From NCBI GenBank assembly GCA_963804505.1, contig CAWDQP010000010.1:123330-187329 (forward strand): DNA of 64,000 nucleotides. Direction: 5' to 3'. The stretch comes from an uncultured Thermoplasmata archaeon. Lineage in GTDB: Archaea; Thermoplasmatota; Thermoplasmata; Lutacidiplasmatales; UBA184. How positions within the stretch are numbered: the first letter of the stretch is position 1; every line of letters begins with the position of its first letter. This document shows positions 1 to 9,946 of this stretch, piece after piece. The position numbers and the translations under genes were made by a program. The notes under the pieces are model-generated. The model saw nothing but the letters and a program-made list of their open reading frames with translations, searched no databases and was not told the origin of the DNA.

Positions 1-669
1 CGAAACTCAGGATGCGCGACGAGATGTCGGTAGAGGGCTTCCTCGTCCGCCGTTGCGCCCCGGCCGACGTTGACGTAGATCGCCGTGGGCTTCATCGAGC
101 GCAGGATGGATTCGTTGATCGTTCCGCGCGTCGCGAGCGTGAGCGGACGGCAGTCCACCACGAAATCCGCAGTCGCCGACCGCCTCCCGGAGCTCGGACG
201 CCGGATAGATCTTCTCGGCCATCGGATGGGACGCCGCCGTGCGGGCGACGCCGCGGACGCGGACCCCGAAGGGCGTCAGTCGTCGCGCGACTTCCGTAGC
301 GATGGCCCCAAACCCCAGGAGGACCGCGATCCCCCCGCGGATCTCTCGGCGGTTCTCCGTGGCGCCCAGGCGGCCCTGGCGCACCAGCTCGTGATTCCCC
401 CGAACGTCGTGGGCGAGCGCGAGGAGCAGGACGACCGCGTGCTCTCCCACGGCCGGGCCGAAGGCACCGACGTTGCCGGCCACTTGAACGGTGGGAGGGA
501 ACCGCTCGAACGGAAACCGGTGGAGCCCGGTCCAGACCCTCTGGACGAACTTCAGCGCCGGCGTCTGCGACGCGGTCCACCCGGGGATCTCGCGGCGAAC
601 GTCACCCACGAGCATCGCGCGAGCCTCCGGCCAGGGTCCCGGTGTGCTGGCCCCAGACGTCACTCCCAC
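1..669 (-). CDS. D-isomer-specific 2-hydroxyacid dehydrogenase family protein, partial (C-terminus runs off the window edge; possibly frameshifted)
   Basis: NAD-binding Rossmann motif IRGGIAVLLGFGAIATEVARRL is preceded by the family-typical HELVRQGRL...HAVVLLLALAHDV segment. The reading frame continues past position 1. Confidence 0.5.
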
Positions 670-932
670 GGTACGTTCGGGAGGTGGCGCGCGATGGCGG
701 CGGCCACCGCGTCTTCGGGCCGCAGGGTGACAAGGAGATGAGATTGTGCCATGGCATCGGATATCGAGCTCGTCGCGGCGCGTCGGAGGAAATCCGCCGC
801 GGGGATAGGGTCAACGGTAACAGTACGCGGTGATCCGGACGGAACCGCGGTGACCCCGGTTCGCCTTCGCGTCCGCCCCCAGGCGGCTCAAGCTACATGG
901 TCGACCGGGGCGATGACCTCCACGAGCATACC

Positions 933-1376
933 ATGCCCGCGTCGAAGGAACGAGTCGTGCCGAAAGTGAAACCCAAGCCGAAGGGCCCCTCGGAAATCTC
1001 CCCCGGAGTGTTTGTCGGTGGATGGAACGATGCGCTCCGCTTCGAGGGCGCCCGATTCTGCGTCCTTGACGAAGCTCCCGCGGACATGCCCCCGGCGACC
1101 CACATACCGATCTACAACGAATCCGCGGATCGGGCGAACCCCGAGAATCTCGATCGACTCGCGGAGGCGATGCGCGCGGCCAAGAACAGCGGCAACCCCG
1201 TCCTGGTGTTCTGCGGTCACGGTGTACGCCGGTCACCTCTCGGGGGAGCCTGGTACCTACGTCGTGTCGAGGGACTCTCGCTGGATGCGGCCTACGACCG
1301 GATCCGGGCGGCCCGCCCTAAGGTCGAGCGGGCGCGGGAGTGGGTTGGCAACGCGACCGAGCTCGAACGCGCTTGA
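933..1376 (+). CDS. protein-tyrosine / dual-specificity phosphatase (CX5R P-loop)
   Basis: Active-site signature VFCGHGVRRS (C-X5-R) in a protein of about 150 aa. ATG at 933. Confidence 0.7.
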   Translation: MPASKERVVPKVKPKPKGPSEISPGVFVGGWNDALRFEGARFCVLDEAPADMPPATHIPIYNESADRANPENLDRLAEAMRAAKNSGNPVLVFCGHGVRRSPLGGAWYLRRVEGLSLDAAYDRIRAARPKVERAREWVGNATELERA

Positions 1377-1389
1377 TCGGACGTGACCC

Positions 1390-2118
1390 ATGGAGATCGA
1401 ACAGGACCCGGACTCGGACTGGGTGGAGGCGCTGAGCGGAAAGGGTCCGGCCGCGGCCGCGCGAGCACTCCGGGAGGCCCAGGGCGAACGGCGCCTATTT
1501 TCCCACTTGGCGCGGGCCCACAACCGGGAGGGTCGCGAATCATGCGTCGAGATCGACGCTCCGCTCGAGCTCCATGCGTTGGTCCGCCTGCTGCGCCCGC
1601 ACCATGTCGTCGAAGTGGGGGTCTCGTCCGGGGTCTCCTCGGCGTACCTGCTGAACGCGTTGCGGCAGAACCGCCGTGGGACGCTCCATTCGGTGGACCT
1701 GCCGTCCGTCGAGCGGGTACTCCCGGACGCGCCTCGGAGGTCCCGTTCGTCCTGGAGCCTACCACCGGGGCGGTCGACCGGCTGGGCCGTCCCCCTGCCG
1801 CTCTGGGAGCGTTGGGACCTAAGGCTCGGCGACAAGTCGACGGTCCTTCCCATCTTGGCCCGACAACTTCCTCGAGTCGACCTATTCGTGTACGATGTCC
1901 CGCACGAGGACCGAGCGACCCGGCGCGAGCTTCGGCTTCTGGATCCGCTGATTCCCTCGGGGGGTGTCGTCATCGTGGACCATGGTCCGGGGGGAGGCCT
2001 TTGCGTCGCATTGAAGGGCTGGGCTCGGGAACGCGGATCTCGCCCCACCGGAAGAAAGGACCTCGGTCTCTTCGGCGCACGTGCTGTCGGCCCGTCGCGC
2101 GCCCTTGGGCAGGCTTGA
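1390..2118 (+). CDS. class I SAM-dependent methyltransferase (O-methyltransferase-like)
   Basis: SAM-binding motif VVEVGVSSGVSSAYLL, followed by the acidic DLFVYDVPH motif. Confidence 0.6.
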   Translation: MEIEQDPDSDWVEALSGKGPAAAARALREAQGERRLFSHLARAHNREGRESCVEIDAPLELHALVRLLRPHHVVEVGVSSGVSSAYLLNALRQNRRGTLHSVDLPSVERVLPDAPRRSRSSWSLPPGRSTGWAVPLPLWERWDLRLGDKSTVLPILARQLPRVDLFVYDVPHEDRATRRELRLLDPLIPSGGVVIVDHGPGGGLCVALKGWARERGSRPTGRKDLGLFGARAVGPSRALGQA

Positions 2119-2197
2119 CAGGGTTCGGCCGCTCGAGCGAGGCGACGGGCCTGCGCCCGGCGAGAGCGGGGCCCGGTTCCGAGCCGGCCCCCGCGCG

Positions 2198-2977
2198 CTA
2201 CCCGCCAGAGTCGAACGAGGGCGCCCGAGTTCCCCGAAGGGGGGATCTCGACACCTTTGGATTCGGCCCTGTCGCCGGAAGCACCGTCGGGGTACCGTCG
2301 GTCTCGAGCCGTGCTTTGAGGGAGGCGACGCTGTTCGCGAGCAATCGGAGCTGCCCCTTGCGCAGGTGCTCGCCGAAGGTGGACCGGGAGAGACCCTGCC
2401 GGCGGGCTACCTCCTCCCAACGGGTTGGTGCCGGGACATCGAAGAGCCCGCCCTCGAAGGCCGCCACGAGCGACCGGGCTTGACGATCGGTGAGGCCTTC
2501 GAAGAAGTGGACCGAGGCCACCGGAAGGTCGCGGATGCTGCCGAGACCCTTCCGATCCGACACCGAAAGAAGCTCGACCTCACCCAGACGACGTATCCGG
2601 GCGATGAGCCGGTTCAACTCGAGCCTCCGGGGGGCCACGAAGCGGTAGGTTTCCGTGCCGTTGAAGTAGACCACGGGGTGAAGGGCCCAGACACCGGCCT
2701 TCCGGGCGAGACCGGTCACGGACGGGGGGTCGGCCCACTCGAAGTCCGGGATCGTCACCAGCGCGTCCCGTCCTTCGACCACCAAGCAGCGAGCATGGAA
2801 GGAATCCCGGAGCCCCGAGACCACTCGACGGCGTTCGGCCTCGTCGGGGGCGGAGAGAAGGAAGACGTCTCGGCGGTTGTCGCACCACAATAGAAGTAGG
2901 GTGCGGGGGAATTCCGCGGAGATGTCGCAGTACGGGCACGGATGGTGGACCCGGACTCGGGCATCTACGAGGGACAT
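2198..2977 (-). CDS. HTH_10 (bacterio-opsin-activator-like) transcriptional regulator
   Basis: C-terminal HTH_10 signature LTDRQARSLVAAFEGGLFDVPAPTRWEEVARRQGLSRSTFGEHLRKGQLRLL, which is an archaeal-type regulator family. Confidence 0.75.
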   Translation of the reverse strand: MSLVDARVRVHHPCPYCDISAEFPRTLLLLWCDNRRDVFLLSAPDEAERRRVVSGLRDSFHARCLVVEGRDALVTIPDFEWADPPSVTGLARKAGVWALHPVVYFNGTETYRFVAPRRLELNRLIARIRRLGEVELLSVSDRKGLGSIRDLPVASVHFFEGLTDRQARSLVAAFEGGLFDVPAPTRWEEVARRQGLSRSTFGEHLRKGQLRLLANSVASLKARLETDGTPTVLPATGPNPKVSRSPLRGTRAPSFDSGG

Positions 2978-3092
2978 CGAGACGGTATCCCTCGAGGAGG
3001 TAATTTAGAACCACCCGCCCCGGGGCGGGTTCGAAGGTATCATCCACTTCGGCACTCCTCTCGGCGTAGATTGCAGGGGGGAGCGCAGAACG

Positions 3093-3545
3093 ATGGCCGT
3101 GGATTTCTCCTTGAGGAAGACACACCGATATCGTGTCGCGTCCATCGTGAGGGTCGGCCCGTGGAAGCCCGACAACCTGAGGACGGAGTTCGGCGAACTG
3201 GTCCGCTGGGCGACGAAACGCAAGGTCCCGACCGGTCGATGGATCTTCCTCGAGAGGGACCGCAACCGATGGGAGGCCTGCCTCGAGATCAAACGCGAAG
3301 CCGAGACCGACGGACGGATCCGGCTCAAGACGCTCCCGGCTTCGTGGGCAGCGCGCGTGGTGTTCGACCCGGACCGAGTTTCGTCACGCCTCGTGTACCA
3401 CGGCCTGAGCGACTGGACTCGGTCGCGACGCAGGGCCGGGGACCTCCGGTCGGTCGAAGCCGTCCGCGAGGTCTACGCCGGCGACCCCTGGAACGACAAG
3501 AACGCTTGGGCGCACTGCGAGGTCCAGTTCGTCGTGCGGAAGTGA
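3093..3545 (+). CDS. hypothetical protein (possible GyrI-like small-molecule-binding fold)
   Basis: Clean 150-aa ORF with a non-repetitive sequence and the C-terminal motif YAGDPWNDKNAWAHCEVQFVV. Identified by ORF and composition only. Confidence 0.4.
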   Translation: MAVDFSLRKTHRYRVASIVRVGPWKPDNLRTEFGELVRWATKRKVPTGRWIFLERDRNRWEACLEIKREAETDGRIRLKTLPASWAARVVFDPDRVSSRLVYHGLSDWTRSRRRAGDLRSVEAVREVYAGDPWNDKNAWAHCEVQFVVRK

Positions 3546-3656
3546 GCTCTCCGCTCGCCAGCGCCGAGCCATGGAAGCTCCCCGGGCCGATCTGTGCGCC
3601 CTCGATCTGGGCCACGGGCCGGCCACGGGGAGAACCTGCGCTCCCTCAGGGGTGGA

Positions 3657-4004
3657 CTAAACCTCGGATTGCGCGCGCGGGAACCGTACCGGTGAGAACG
3701 AAACGGCACCTCTCGGAACCACCCACGTGAAGAAGCGGACGGATAGTTTCCCCGCCTTTACCGCCGGGTCCATCTCGAGCAGGGATCGGACCTCCTCCAA
3801 GGGCAGGCGGTGCAGGCTGATGCCGCGAAGGGGACTCCCAGGAGGGTCGACGATCGGCCCTGCCGCTTGGAGATGACCCATGTCGTGGAGCGTTGCGAGA
3901 TAAGCCATGTGAGCGTCTTGCAGTCGGTCGGCGTCCTTCGCGTCCAGCTTGGGGGCGTCGGGTCGGGCTTCGAGCAACGATACGGTGAATGTGTCGAACT
4001 CCAT
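3657..4004 (-). CDS. YciI-like (dimeric alpha/beta barrel) protein
   Basis: Motif DAHMAYLATLHDMGHLQAAGPI is typical of the YciI family. Length 115 aa. Confidence 0.55.
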   Translation of the reverse strand: MEFDTFTVSLLEARPDAPKLDAKDADRLQDAHMAYLATLHDMGHLQAAGPIVDPPGSPLRGISLHRLPLEEVRSLLEMDPAVKAGKLSVRFFTWVVPRGAVSFSPVRFPRAQSEV

Positions 4005-4278
4005 GCTTCTCGCTAGGAGGAGGCGGATTTCAAGACAATCCCAGCCCGCCGACTTAATCGGGAGGGGCCTTCGAAGGAAGCCGAATCAATTCCTCTGAAC
4101 ACCCGATCGCGCATCGGGCCGAAGGGACCACAACGCGACCGTGCCCGATTCTGCCAGGGTGGGTTGAGCGGCGATCGAACCCACGGTGCAATTTCGGCGA
4201 AGATTCTCCAACCAAACGGACTTTAACCCGGTCGCACGCATAGCAATCGGGTAGGCGCAGCGTCGAGCGCCTCGTTCT

Positions 4279-6513
4279 ATGAACTACGGTATCCGCCTCG
4301 TGAAACTGCTGCCGCCAATCCTGCTGTGCGCGGTGATGATTCTCGGGGTTCTTGTCATCCTGCCCGGTGTCAACGCCCACGGGTCGAGTCCAGTCGCCCC
4401 GATGGTCGACGCAGGTGTCGGAACCTCACCCTCCATCGCGCAGGGTGGAAGCATCGCGATCGCGTGCTCCGGAGTCGATACCTGCACGACCGGTGCGATA
4501 ACGAACGTGGATGCTGGAGATGCTCTGGTCGTCGTGGTCACGGAATTCACCACGTCGGCCGGAGCTCCCAGCTTGGTAGAAGAAGTGACGTCGGGCGGCG
4601 ACAACGATCTCGCGCTTCTTGGTTCCACCCCCTGCATCACCGGAAGCGGGCATGGAGTGACGGCCATCTACGGATTGGCCGACGTCACGGCTCAACCGTC
4701 CGTCACGTTCACTGTCAACTACCCGGCCGCTCGATACTACACGATCCACGCACTCGACGTCGAGGGCGCCGCTGCGTCGCCGTTCGAGACCGCGGGCACC
4801 GGCGTCTGCTCGGCCGCCGCCGGCACGACGGCCACGGCTTCGGTGACTACCACCGTCGCGGGGGACCTAGTGATCCTCGGAGCTGAAGTCAGGGCGTCCA
4901 CCACGTTTGCAGCGAGCGGCGGAGACACGCTCGTGACGCAGGCGGCGACAACCGGTGCCGACCTGGATTCCGGGGCGATGCTTGACGAAATCGACTCTGC
5001 CACGGGGTCGATCTCCCTCTCGGCCACGTTCACGAGTTCGTCGTGGGCAGCTATCGCCGTCGCTCTGGAGCCCGGACCCCTCGTGCCGGGAACGGTGAGC
5101 CCGTCCAGCGCCACCATCGACGCAGGCCAATCCATCAGTCTTACGACCACCCCGGCGACCGGTGGGACTCCGCCCATCACCTATCAGTGGTACACGACGA
5201 CTTCGATCGCTACTTGCGACGATGGAACGATGATCGTCGGCGCGACCAATCAGTCCTACACCACGCCGGCCCTCTCGGTCGGGACCTACTACTACTGCGT
5301 CTGGGCAACGGACAACAGCACCCCGACCGCGCAGGTAGTCTACTCGAACGTCGCGGTCGTCGCGGTGAATCCGGCGCTGACCGTCACGATCACGCCGAGC
5401 GCCCCCTCGATCGACATCGGGCAGTCCGTAGAGTTGACTGCGAACGCATCCGGTGGCACGGGAGCGGACGCCTACGCGTGGTATCTAGGAGACTCCTGCG
5501 TGGGCACGGTCCTCGCCACGAGCCTAAACTACACCACCCCGGCCTTGGGGAATTCCACGACGTACTGCGTGGCCGCTACCGACAGCTCCTCCGAACCGGC
5601 GACGGCAACGACCACCGCCACGGTCACAGTGAGCCCTACGCCGCTGACGGTCACGATCACCCCTAGCGGGCCGTCGATCGACAACGGACAGACCGTACAA
5701 CTGAAGGCGAACCCATCGGGCGGCACGGGCGCGGACTCCTATGCCTGGTACTCGGGGCTCTCGTGTACGGGACCCGTGCTGGCGACTACCCAGGTCTTCA
5801 CAACTCCGGCGTTGTCGTCGACCATGACGTACTGTGTGGTCGTGACGGACAGCTCGTCCATCCCAGCAACGGCGAATGCCACATCTACGGTCACGGTGAG
5901 CCTCATGCCTCTGACAGTAACAGTTAATCCCGACGCCGCCACAATCGACTCGGGGGCGAAGCTGCTCCTGACCGCCATCCCGTCAGGCGGAACCGGAGCG
6001 CTCAGCTACGCCTGGTACCTCGGGGGTTCGTGTTCGGGCGCCGTACTGGCCACGACCCAGACTTATACGACCCCGGCATTGCCATCCACTACGACGTATT
6101 GTGTAGAGGTGACGGACAGCTCGACCGTTCCCGCGAGTGCGAAGGCCAACTCCACGGTAACAGTCAGCGGCGCATCAGGCTCGACCACGACGCCGCCGAC
6201 GTACGTGTATCCCGTGGTAGGGGCCCTTGTCGCGCTACTGATCGCGGCGATCCTGCTGGGTCTCCTCCGTCGGGGTCGGAAGGTGAGCTTTACCGAAACC
6301 GGCCTTCCCGAGAAGGCTGTGTGGTCGATCACTTTCAAAGGAGAGGCCAAGAGCTCCACGAGCGCGACCATCGCATTCAAGACCTCCAAAGGTGAGAGTG
6401 ACTACGCCGTACGAGATGTGGTCGGTTACACTGCGACTCCATCGACCGGGAAAGTTACGGTGAACAAGGCCTCGGTCGAAGTGAAGGTCGTCTTCTCCAA
6501 GCGGCCCCCCTAG
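4279..6513 (+). CDS. secreted or membrane-anchored cell-surface protein with four tandem Ig/PKD-like Cys-pair repeats, one TM helix and a C-terminal GLP-type domain
   Basis: Signal peptide MNYGIRLVKLLPPILLCAVMILGVLVILPGVNA. Four repeats of about 95 aa (PLTVTITPSxPSIDxGQSVxLxANxSGGTGADxYAWYxGxSCxGxVLATxxxYTTPALxxxTTYCVxxTDSS). TM helix VVGALVALLIAAILLGLL, then a VSFTETGLPEKAVWSITFKG domain. Intact 744-aa ORF. Confidence 0.8.
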   Translation: MNYGIRLVKLLPPILLCAVMILGVLVILPGVNAHGSSPVAPMVDAGVGTSPSIAQGGSIAIACSGVDTCTTGAITNVDAGDALVVVVTEFTTSAGAPSLVEEVTSGGDNDLALLGSTPCITGSGHGVTAIYGLADVTAQPSVTFTVNYPAARYYTIHALDVEGAAASPFETAGTGVCSAAAGTTATASVTTTVAGDLVILGAEVRASTTFAASGGDTLVTQAATTGADLDSGAMLDEIDSATGSISLSATFTSSSWAAIAVALEPGPLVPGTVSPSSATIDAGQSISLTTTPATGGTPPITYQWYTTTSIATCDDGTMIVGATNQSYTTPALSVGTYYYCVWATDNSTPTAQVVYSNVAVVAVNPALTVTITPSAPSIDIGQSVELTANASGGTGADAYAWYLGDSCVGTVLATSLNYTTPALGNSTTYCVAATDSSSEPATATTTATVTVSPTPLTVTITPSGPSIDNGQTVQLKANPSGGTGADSYAWYSGLSCTGPVLATTQVFTTPALSSTMTYCVVVTDSSSIPATANATSTVTVSLMPLTVTVNPDAATIDSGAKLLLTAIPSGGTGALSYAWYLGGSCSGAVLATTQTYTTPALPSTTTYCVEVTDSSTVPASAKANSTVTVSGASGSTTTPPTYVYPVVGALVALLIAAILLGLLRRGRKVSFTETGLPEKAVWSITFKGEAKSSTSATIAFKTSKGESDYAVRDVVGYTATPSTGKVTVNKASVEVKVVFSKRPP
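5062..6199 (+). repeat. four tandem, roughly 280-bp coding repeats (Ig-like modules) inside the 4279–6513 gene
   Basis: Units start at about 5062, 5362, 5641 and 5920. Conserved residues are PSID, SGGTGAD, YAWY and two Cys per unit. Confidence 0.7.
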
Positions 6514-6660
6514 ACCCCGCGGCATGCTCAGCCCGAACCGTTGCTTGAGTGCCTCACCCGAGGATTCCGCTGATGAAGGCGGCGCGATCGGGGACCACCA
6601 TACACAACCCTTGGTACTGTCCCCAAAGGGGCGATTACTTGCACAACGGCCATTGAGAGG

Positions 6661-6882
6661 CTAGAGTGGCACGCGCCTCGAGGTAGAAGAGACGCCCTCG
6701 GGGCCGTGGGAGACCCAGTGGTTCTGCGCGCAGTACTCGAGAACCCTGTTGAGGCCAGCCATGGAGATCCGATGCCCGCGGGCTTCGAGTTCGGCCAAGA
6801 GTTTGCGACGACGAATCGGCATCGGGCTCGCTCGCAGGATGGAGAGGACCGCTTCGACGGCGCCGACCGGCATTCCCGACAC
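6661..6882 (-). CDS. small hypothetical protein, possible winged-helix DNA-binding protein
   Basis: 73-aa ORF with a protein-like sequence (LAELEARGHRISMAGLNRVLEYCAQNHWVSHG). ORF-only evidence. Confidence 0.3.
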   Translation of the reverse strand: MSGMPVGAVEAVLSILRASPMPIRRRKLLAELEARGHRISMAGLNRVLEYCAQNHWVSHGPEGVSSTSRRVPL

Positions 6883-7303
6883 GACCGACCTCTACGCGGG
6901 GACCCTAACTTCCGATAGCCGTTCTCGGCCATGTAATCACCGGGCCCTGTCGGCGGTTGGCCCCGACGAGCGGGCGTGTGCACAATGGCGATTGCACCCC
7001 GGCGGCCCCGATCGGGCCGGGACCCCACGGCCTTCGGGTTCTCCTAAAAGAACAACGTCCGGAGTTCGCGGCTCGTACGGTCGTATCGGCGGCCGCCATC
7101 GTCCCGGAAGGTCTTTGAGGCAGTTCCCCGATGCCCCTACCTCCCAGGTCGGGACCTTGCAAGGCCCAACTCGTTCGAACGGGACTGGGTTCGGGTCGCT
7201 CGCTGCGGCGCCCCCCTTCTCGAGCGGTTCGCCGCCCACTCTGCGCGACGAACCAGATGCGTCCTCCAACGCGAGCTACCCTCGACCCCGACCGATCCGC
7301 CGT

Positions 7304-9946
7304 TGGTTGGGTTCTCCCGGGCGCCATATCACTGTCGTTGCAGCCGTCGCCTTCGTGGTGTGGCTTATGCTCCTCACGCCGGCCAGCGCTCCTCTTGAGG
7401 ACGGTTCTACGACCTCCTCCCACTCCGCAACTGGCCCATCGGGCGCGGTAGCGGCCCCGAATCAGCCGATCGCCATACCCTCCGCGGCCGACCCGACGGT
7501 CAAACCGTGCCTCGCGAAGGGAGAGTGCACGGGGCCGCACCCCGCGCTCGGCGGACCTTATATCACAGAATGGTTCGACACGACAATCTACGCCTCGATC
7601 TCGCCTTCCTCAAGCCCTCCCCACCTGATCGGCCCGTCCATGGCGTACAATCCGGGGATCGCCACCGAATCGCCGGTTGGAGGGGTGGAGGTCCTGTTCG
7701 GGGGGCTTGCGCCGTGGGGGGCCACGAACTACACCTATGTGGGCGTGCCATCGACGGTCCCGCTTCCCGACGGGTCTCCCACCGCAAGCATCCTCTGGGT
7801 CAACATCTCGAGCTACGTCCGCGCACCGTCCCCCCGCTACTACGCCGCGATGACGTACGACGCCGCGGACGGATACGTGCTGCTCTTCGGGGGGCAGTAC
7901 GGAGGGGTGAACCAGACCCTGGGCGACACCTGGACGCTCTCGGTGACCTACCAGGGAGAGACGATCAACCCCCCGCCGCAGCCGGCGACATTCAAATTCG
8001 ATATCGCCGGGTGGACCAAGCTACCGGACCGAACCGGTCCCAGCCCCCGGACGGGCGCGGCCCTGACGTTCGATCCGCTCGACAACTATTCCGTCCTGTT
8101 CGGTGGGATCGATGCGCCGACGTTCTTTGGGGATACTTGGACGTTCTCGGCCGGATCATGGACCGAGTTGCATCCTGCGCGCTCCCCGTCCGCTCGCGCC
8201 TACGCCGGATTCGTGTTCGATCAAGCCGCGGGCTACGCGATCCTCCTCACGGGTTACGGGAGCGGCCCCGACGCATGGGGATTCATGCACGGCTCATGGG
8301 TTGAACTCTCCCCGTCGACCCCCCTCGGGGCGCGGTTTGACGAATCGATTGCTTACGACAACGTGAGCGGAGTGGCGACTGCCTTTGGCGGGGTAAACGC
8401 CTCCAACTTCAGCGCCGTCTACGGAACCACTTGGAACTACTCGTCGCTCCCCGGCTGGTACAAGGTCGACAGCTACGGGCCGGTCGCCCGAGCTGCGTCG
8501 GCTATGGCCTACGACCCCCAGATCGGCTGCGTCGTCCTCTTCGGAGGCGGTACGTCCAGTTCGTCGGGATGGCTGAACGACACGTGGCTGCTCTGCTCTT
8601 GGTCGGAGAGCGTAGCCCCCTTCACCGCAACGCTCGTCTCCGACACCGAAGTCTCAGACCGACCGGAAGTCCAAGCCGGAGGGAACGCTACGTTCACGGT
8701 GGTCCCGTCGGGCGGGACCTGGCCCTACTATCTCACACTGGATGAGTACGACAGTGGTTATGGACCCCCCGTCGCACAGGACGAGTTGACCCCCGACGGT
8801 CCCATCAACGTAACGTTCACGTTCCCGATTTCAGCGAACTACCTAATCTTCCTCTACGCGGAGGACTCGTACGGGTCCGGAGCCGAAGAGAACCTTACGT
8901 TCCCTGTGGGGACGCTCATGGTGGACGATTGGCAGCCCCTTTTCGACAGCTATGCGTTCCACAACTACGGTAGCGCCTGGTCGGCCATCGGCAACTGCTA
9001 CGGGTTCTCCAGCACGATGGTCCTCTACTGGGAACACGATGTGGAAGACCTCGCGGACACGCCGTACTTGCCCGCCCCGGTCTGGGACACCGAGGAACTT
9101 GCTGAGCCCCCGGGTCTTCCACACTATCCCGGACCTGGCTTGAATGGGACCACGCTCGCCATCATGATCCATCAGACTATGGGCGGTGGCGGGGCGGGAA
9201 CCGGATTTGCCCCGTCCGACTTTGCGACGGGTTACGCGCGGATCCTGGCCAACCTATCCGCGGGGCAGCCGGAGGTGATGTTTCTGACGAACTCGACGAA
9301 AGCGGGAGCCGTCGGCCACGCTGTCGTCGTCTACGGTGAGGAGACGCTGCCGAACGGGAGCGTCGACTTAGATGTGTCCGACCCGAACGGGCCGCTAACG
9401 ACCGAGACCGCGCTGTACGACCCCGCCGCCGAAACGTTCTCCCTCGAAAACTTCTGGTACTATTTCGAGGCCTATACCTCCGAGAAGATCGCGAGCCTGC
9501 AACCGAGCTGGTTCACAACCTGGACTCAGGGTAACAGCAACGAATACGACACCCAGGGAGGTGGTTACTATCTCGTCGGTGGTCTCGCCCCCCTCACGGT
9601 CAGCCTCGCGGGCGGCGGGAACGACTCGTTCTCCGACGGCGGAAGTCTCGGTGACTCGCAGACGTTCGTCCAGGGAATCGCGAACAGCACGGGGATCGAG
9701 GAGGCCAGTCTGGTCGGCACGACGCAGGTGTTTGCCTTGGAGAACCTATCGGGCCGTCACTACTCGGTCACCGACCCTTCCTCAGGCGCCTCTCCTGTCG
9801 AAGTGCTTCTCGCGACCAACGTGTCGGGAATGCCGACGGTCCGGGGCTACGACCTCAACTTCTCCTCGGCCGGCCAGCACGATTTCACTCTCGGGCTAGG
9901 GTCGGGGGGACGACGCTGCATGTGGGAAGCGCGTCCGGAAACGTGA
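7304..9946 (+). CDS. secreted Kelch-repeat protein (N-terminal part of a larger frameshifted gene)
   Basis: Signal-peptide-like segment GSPGRHITVVAAVAFVVWLMLLTPASA from a TTG at about 7304. Multiple Kelch motifs (PSPRYYAAMTYDAADGYVLLFGG..LGDTWTL; PSPRTGAALTFDPLDNYSVLFGG..FGDTWTF). Many N-x-S/T sequons. The annotated upstream part (6749–7300) looks non-coding. Confidence 0.65.
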   Translation, partial: WLGSPGRHITVVAAVAFVVWLMLLTPASAPLEDGSTTSSHSATGPSGAVAAPNQPIAIPSAADPTVKPCLAKGECTGPHPALGGPYITEWFDTTIYASISPSSSPPHLIGPSMAYNPGIATESPVGGVEVLFGGLAPWGATNYTYVGVPSTVPLPDGSPTASILWVNISSYVRAPSPRYYAAMTYDAADGYVLLFGGQYGGVNQTLGDTWTLSVTYQGETINPPPQPATFKFDIAGWTKLPDRTGPSPRTGAALTFDPLDNYSVLFGGIDAPTFFGDTWTFSAGSWTELHPARSPSARAYAGFVFDQAAGYAILLTGYGSGPDAWGFMHGSWVELSPSTPLGARFDESIAYDNVSGVATAFGGVNASNFSAVYGTTWNYSSLPGWYKVDSYGPVARAASAMAYDPQIGCVVLFGGGTSSSSGWLNDTWLLCSWSESVAPFTATLVSDTEVSDRPEVQAGGNATFTVVPSGGTWPYYLTLDEYDSGYGPPVAQDELTPDGPINVTFTFPISANYLIFLYAEDSYGSGAEENLTFPVGTLMVDDWQPLFDSYAFHNYGSAWSAIGNCYGFSSTMVLYWEHDVEDLADTPYLPAPVWDTEELAEPPGLPHYPGPGLNGTTLAIMIHQTMGGGGAGTGFAPSDFATGYARILANLSAGQPEVMFLTNSTKAGAVGHAVVVYGEETLPNGSVDLDVSDPNGPLTTETALYDPAAETFSLENFWYYFEAYTSEKIASLQPSWFTTWTQGNSNEYDTQGGGYYLVGGLAPLTVSLAGGGNDSFSDGGSLGDSQTFVQGIANSTGIEEASLVGTTQVFALENLSGRHYSVTDPSSGASPVEVLLATNVSGMPTVRGYDLNFSSAGQHDFTLGLGSGGRRCMWEARPET

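Noticed and set aside
1257-2420. Very long ORFs on the strand or frame opposite to well-supported genes, such as 1257–2420(-), 20579–21100(+), 47078–48277(-), 24356–26224(-), 21336–22526(-) and 39619–40410(-).
   Set aside because: Their translations are Arg/Pro/Gly/Ser-rich low-complexity strings with no motifs. They overlap genes that have clear family signatures. Long spurious ORFs are expected in all six frames of 70% GC DNA.
4100-4260. A GGGTTCGATCG motif on the minus strand that looks like a T-loop, upstream of the 4279 surface-protein gene.
   Set aside because: I could not fold a cloverleaf. The 7-nt acceptor complement and the D-arm are absent. I treat it as intergenic or promoter sequence.
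6749-7300. The annotated N-terminal 180 aa of the 6749–9946 ORF, and the 6905–7540(-) ORF that overlaps it.
   Set aside because: The sequence is Arg/Ser/Pro-rich and non-protein-like before the signal-peptide-like segment at about 7304. I consider 6890–7300 to be untranslated leader or promoter for the Kelch gene.
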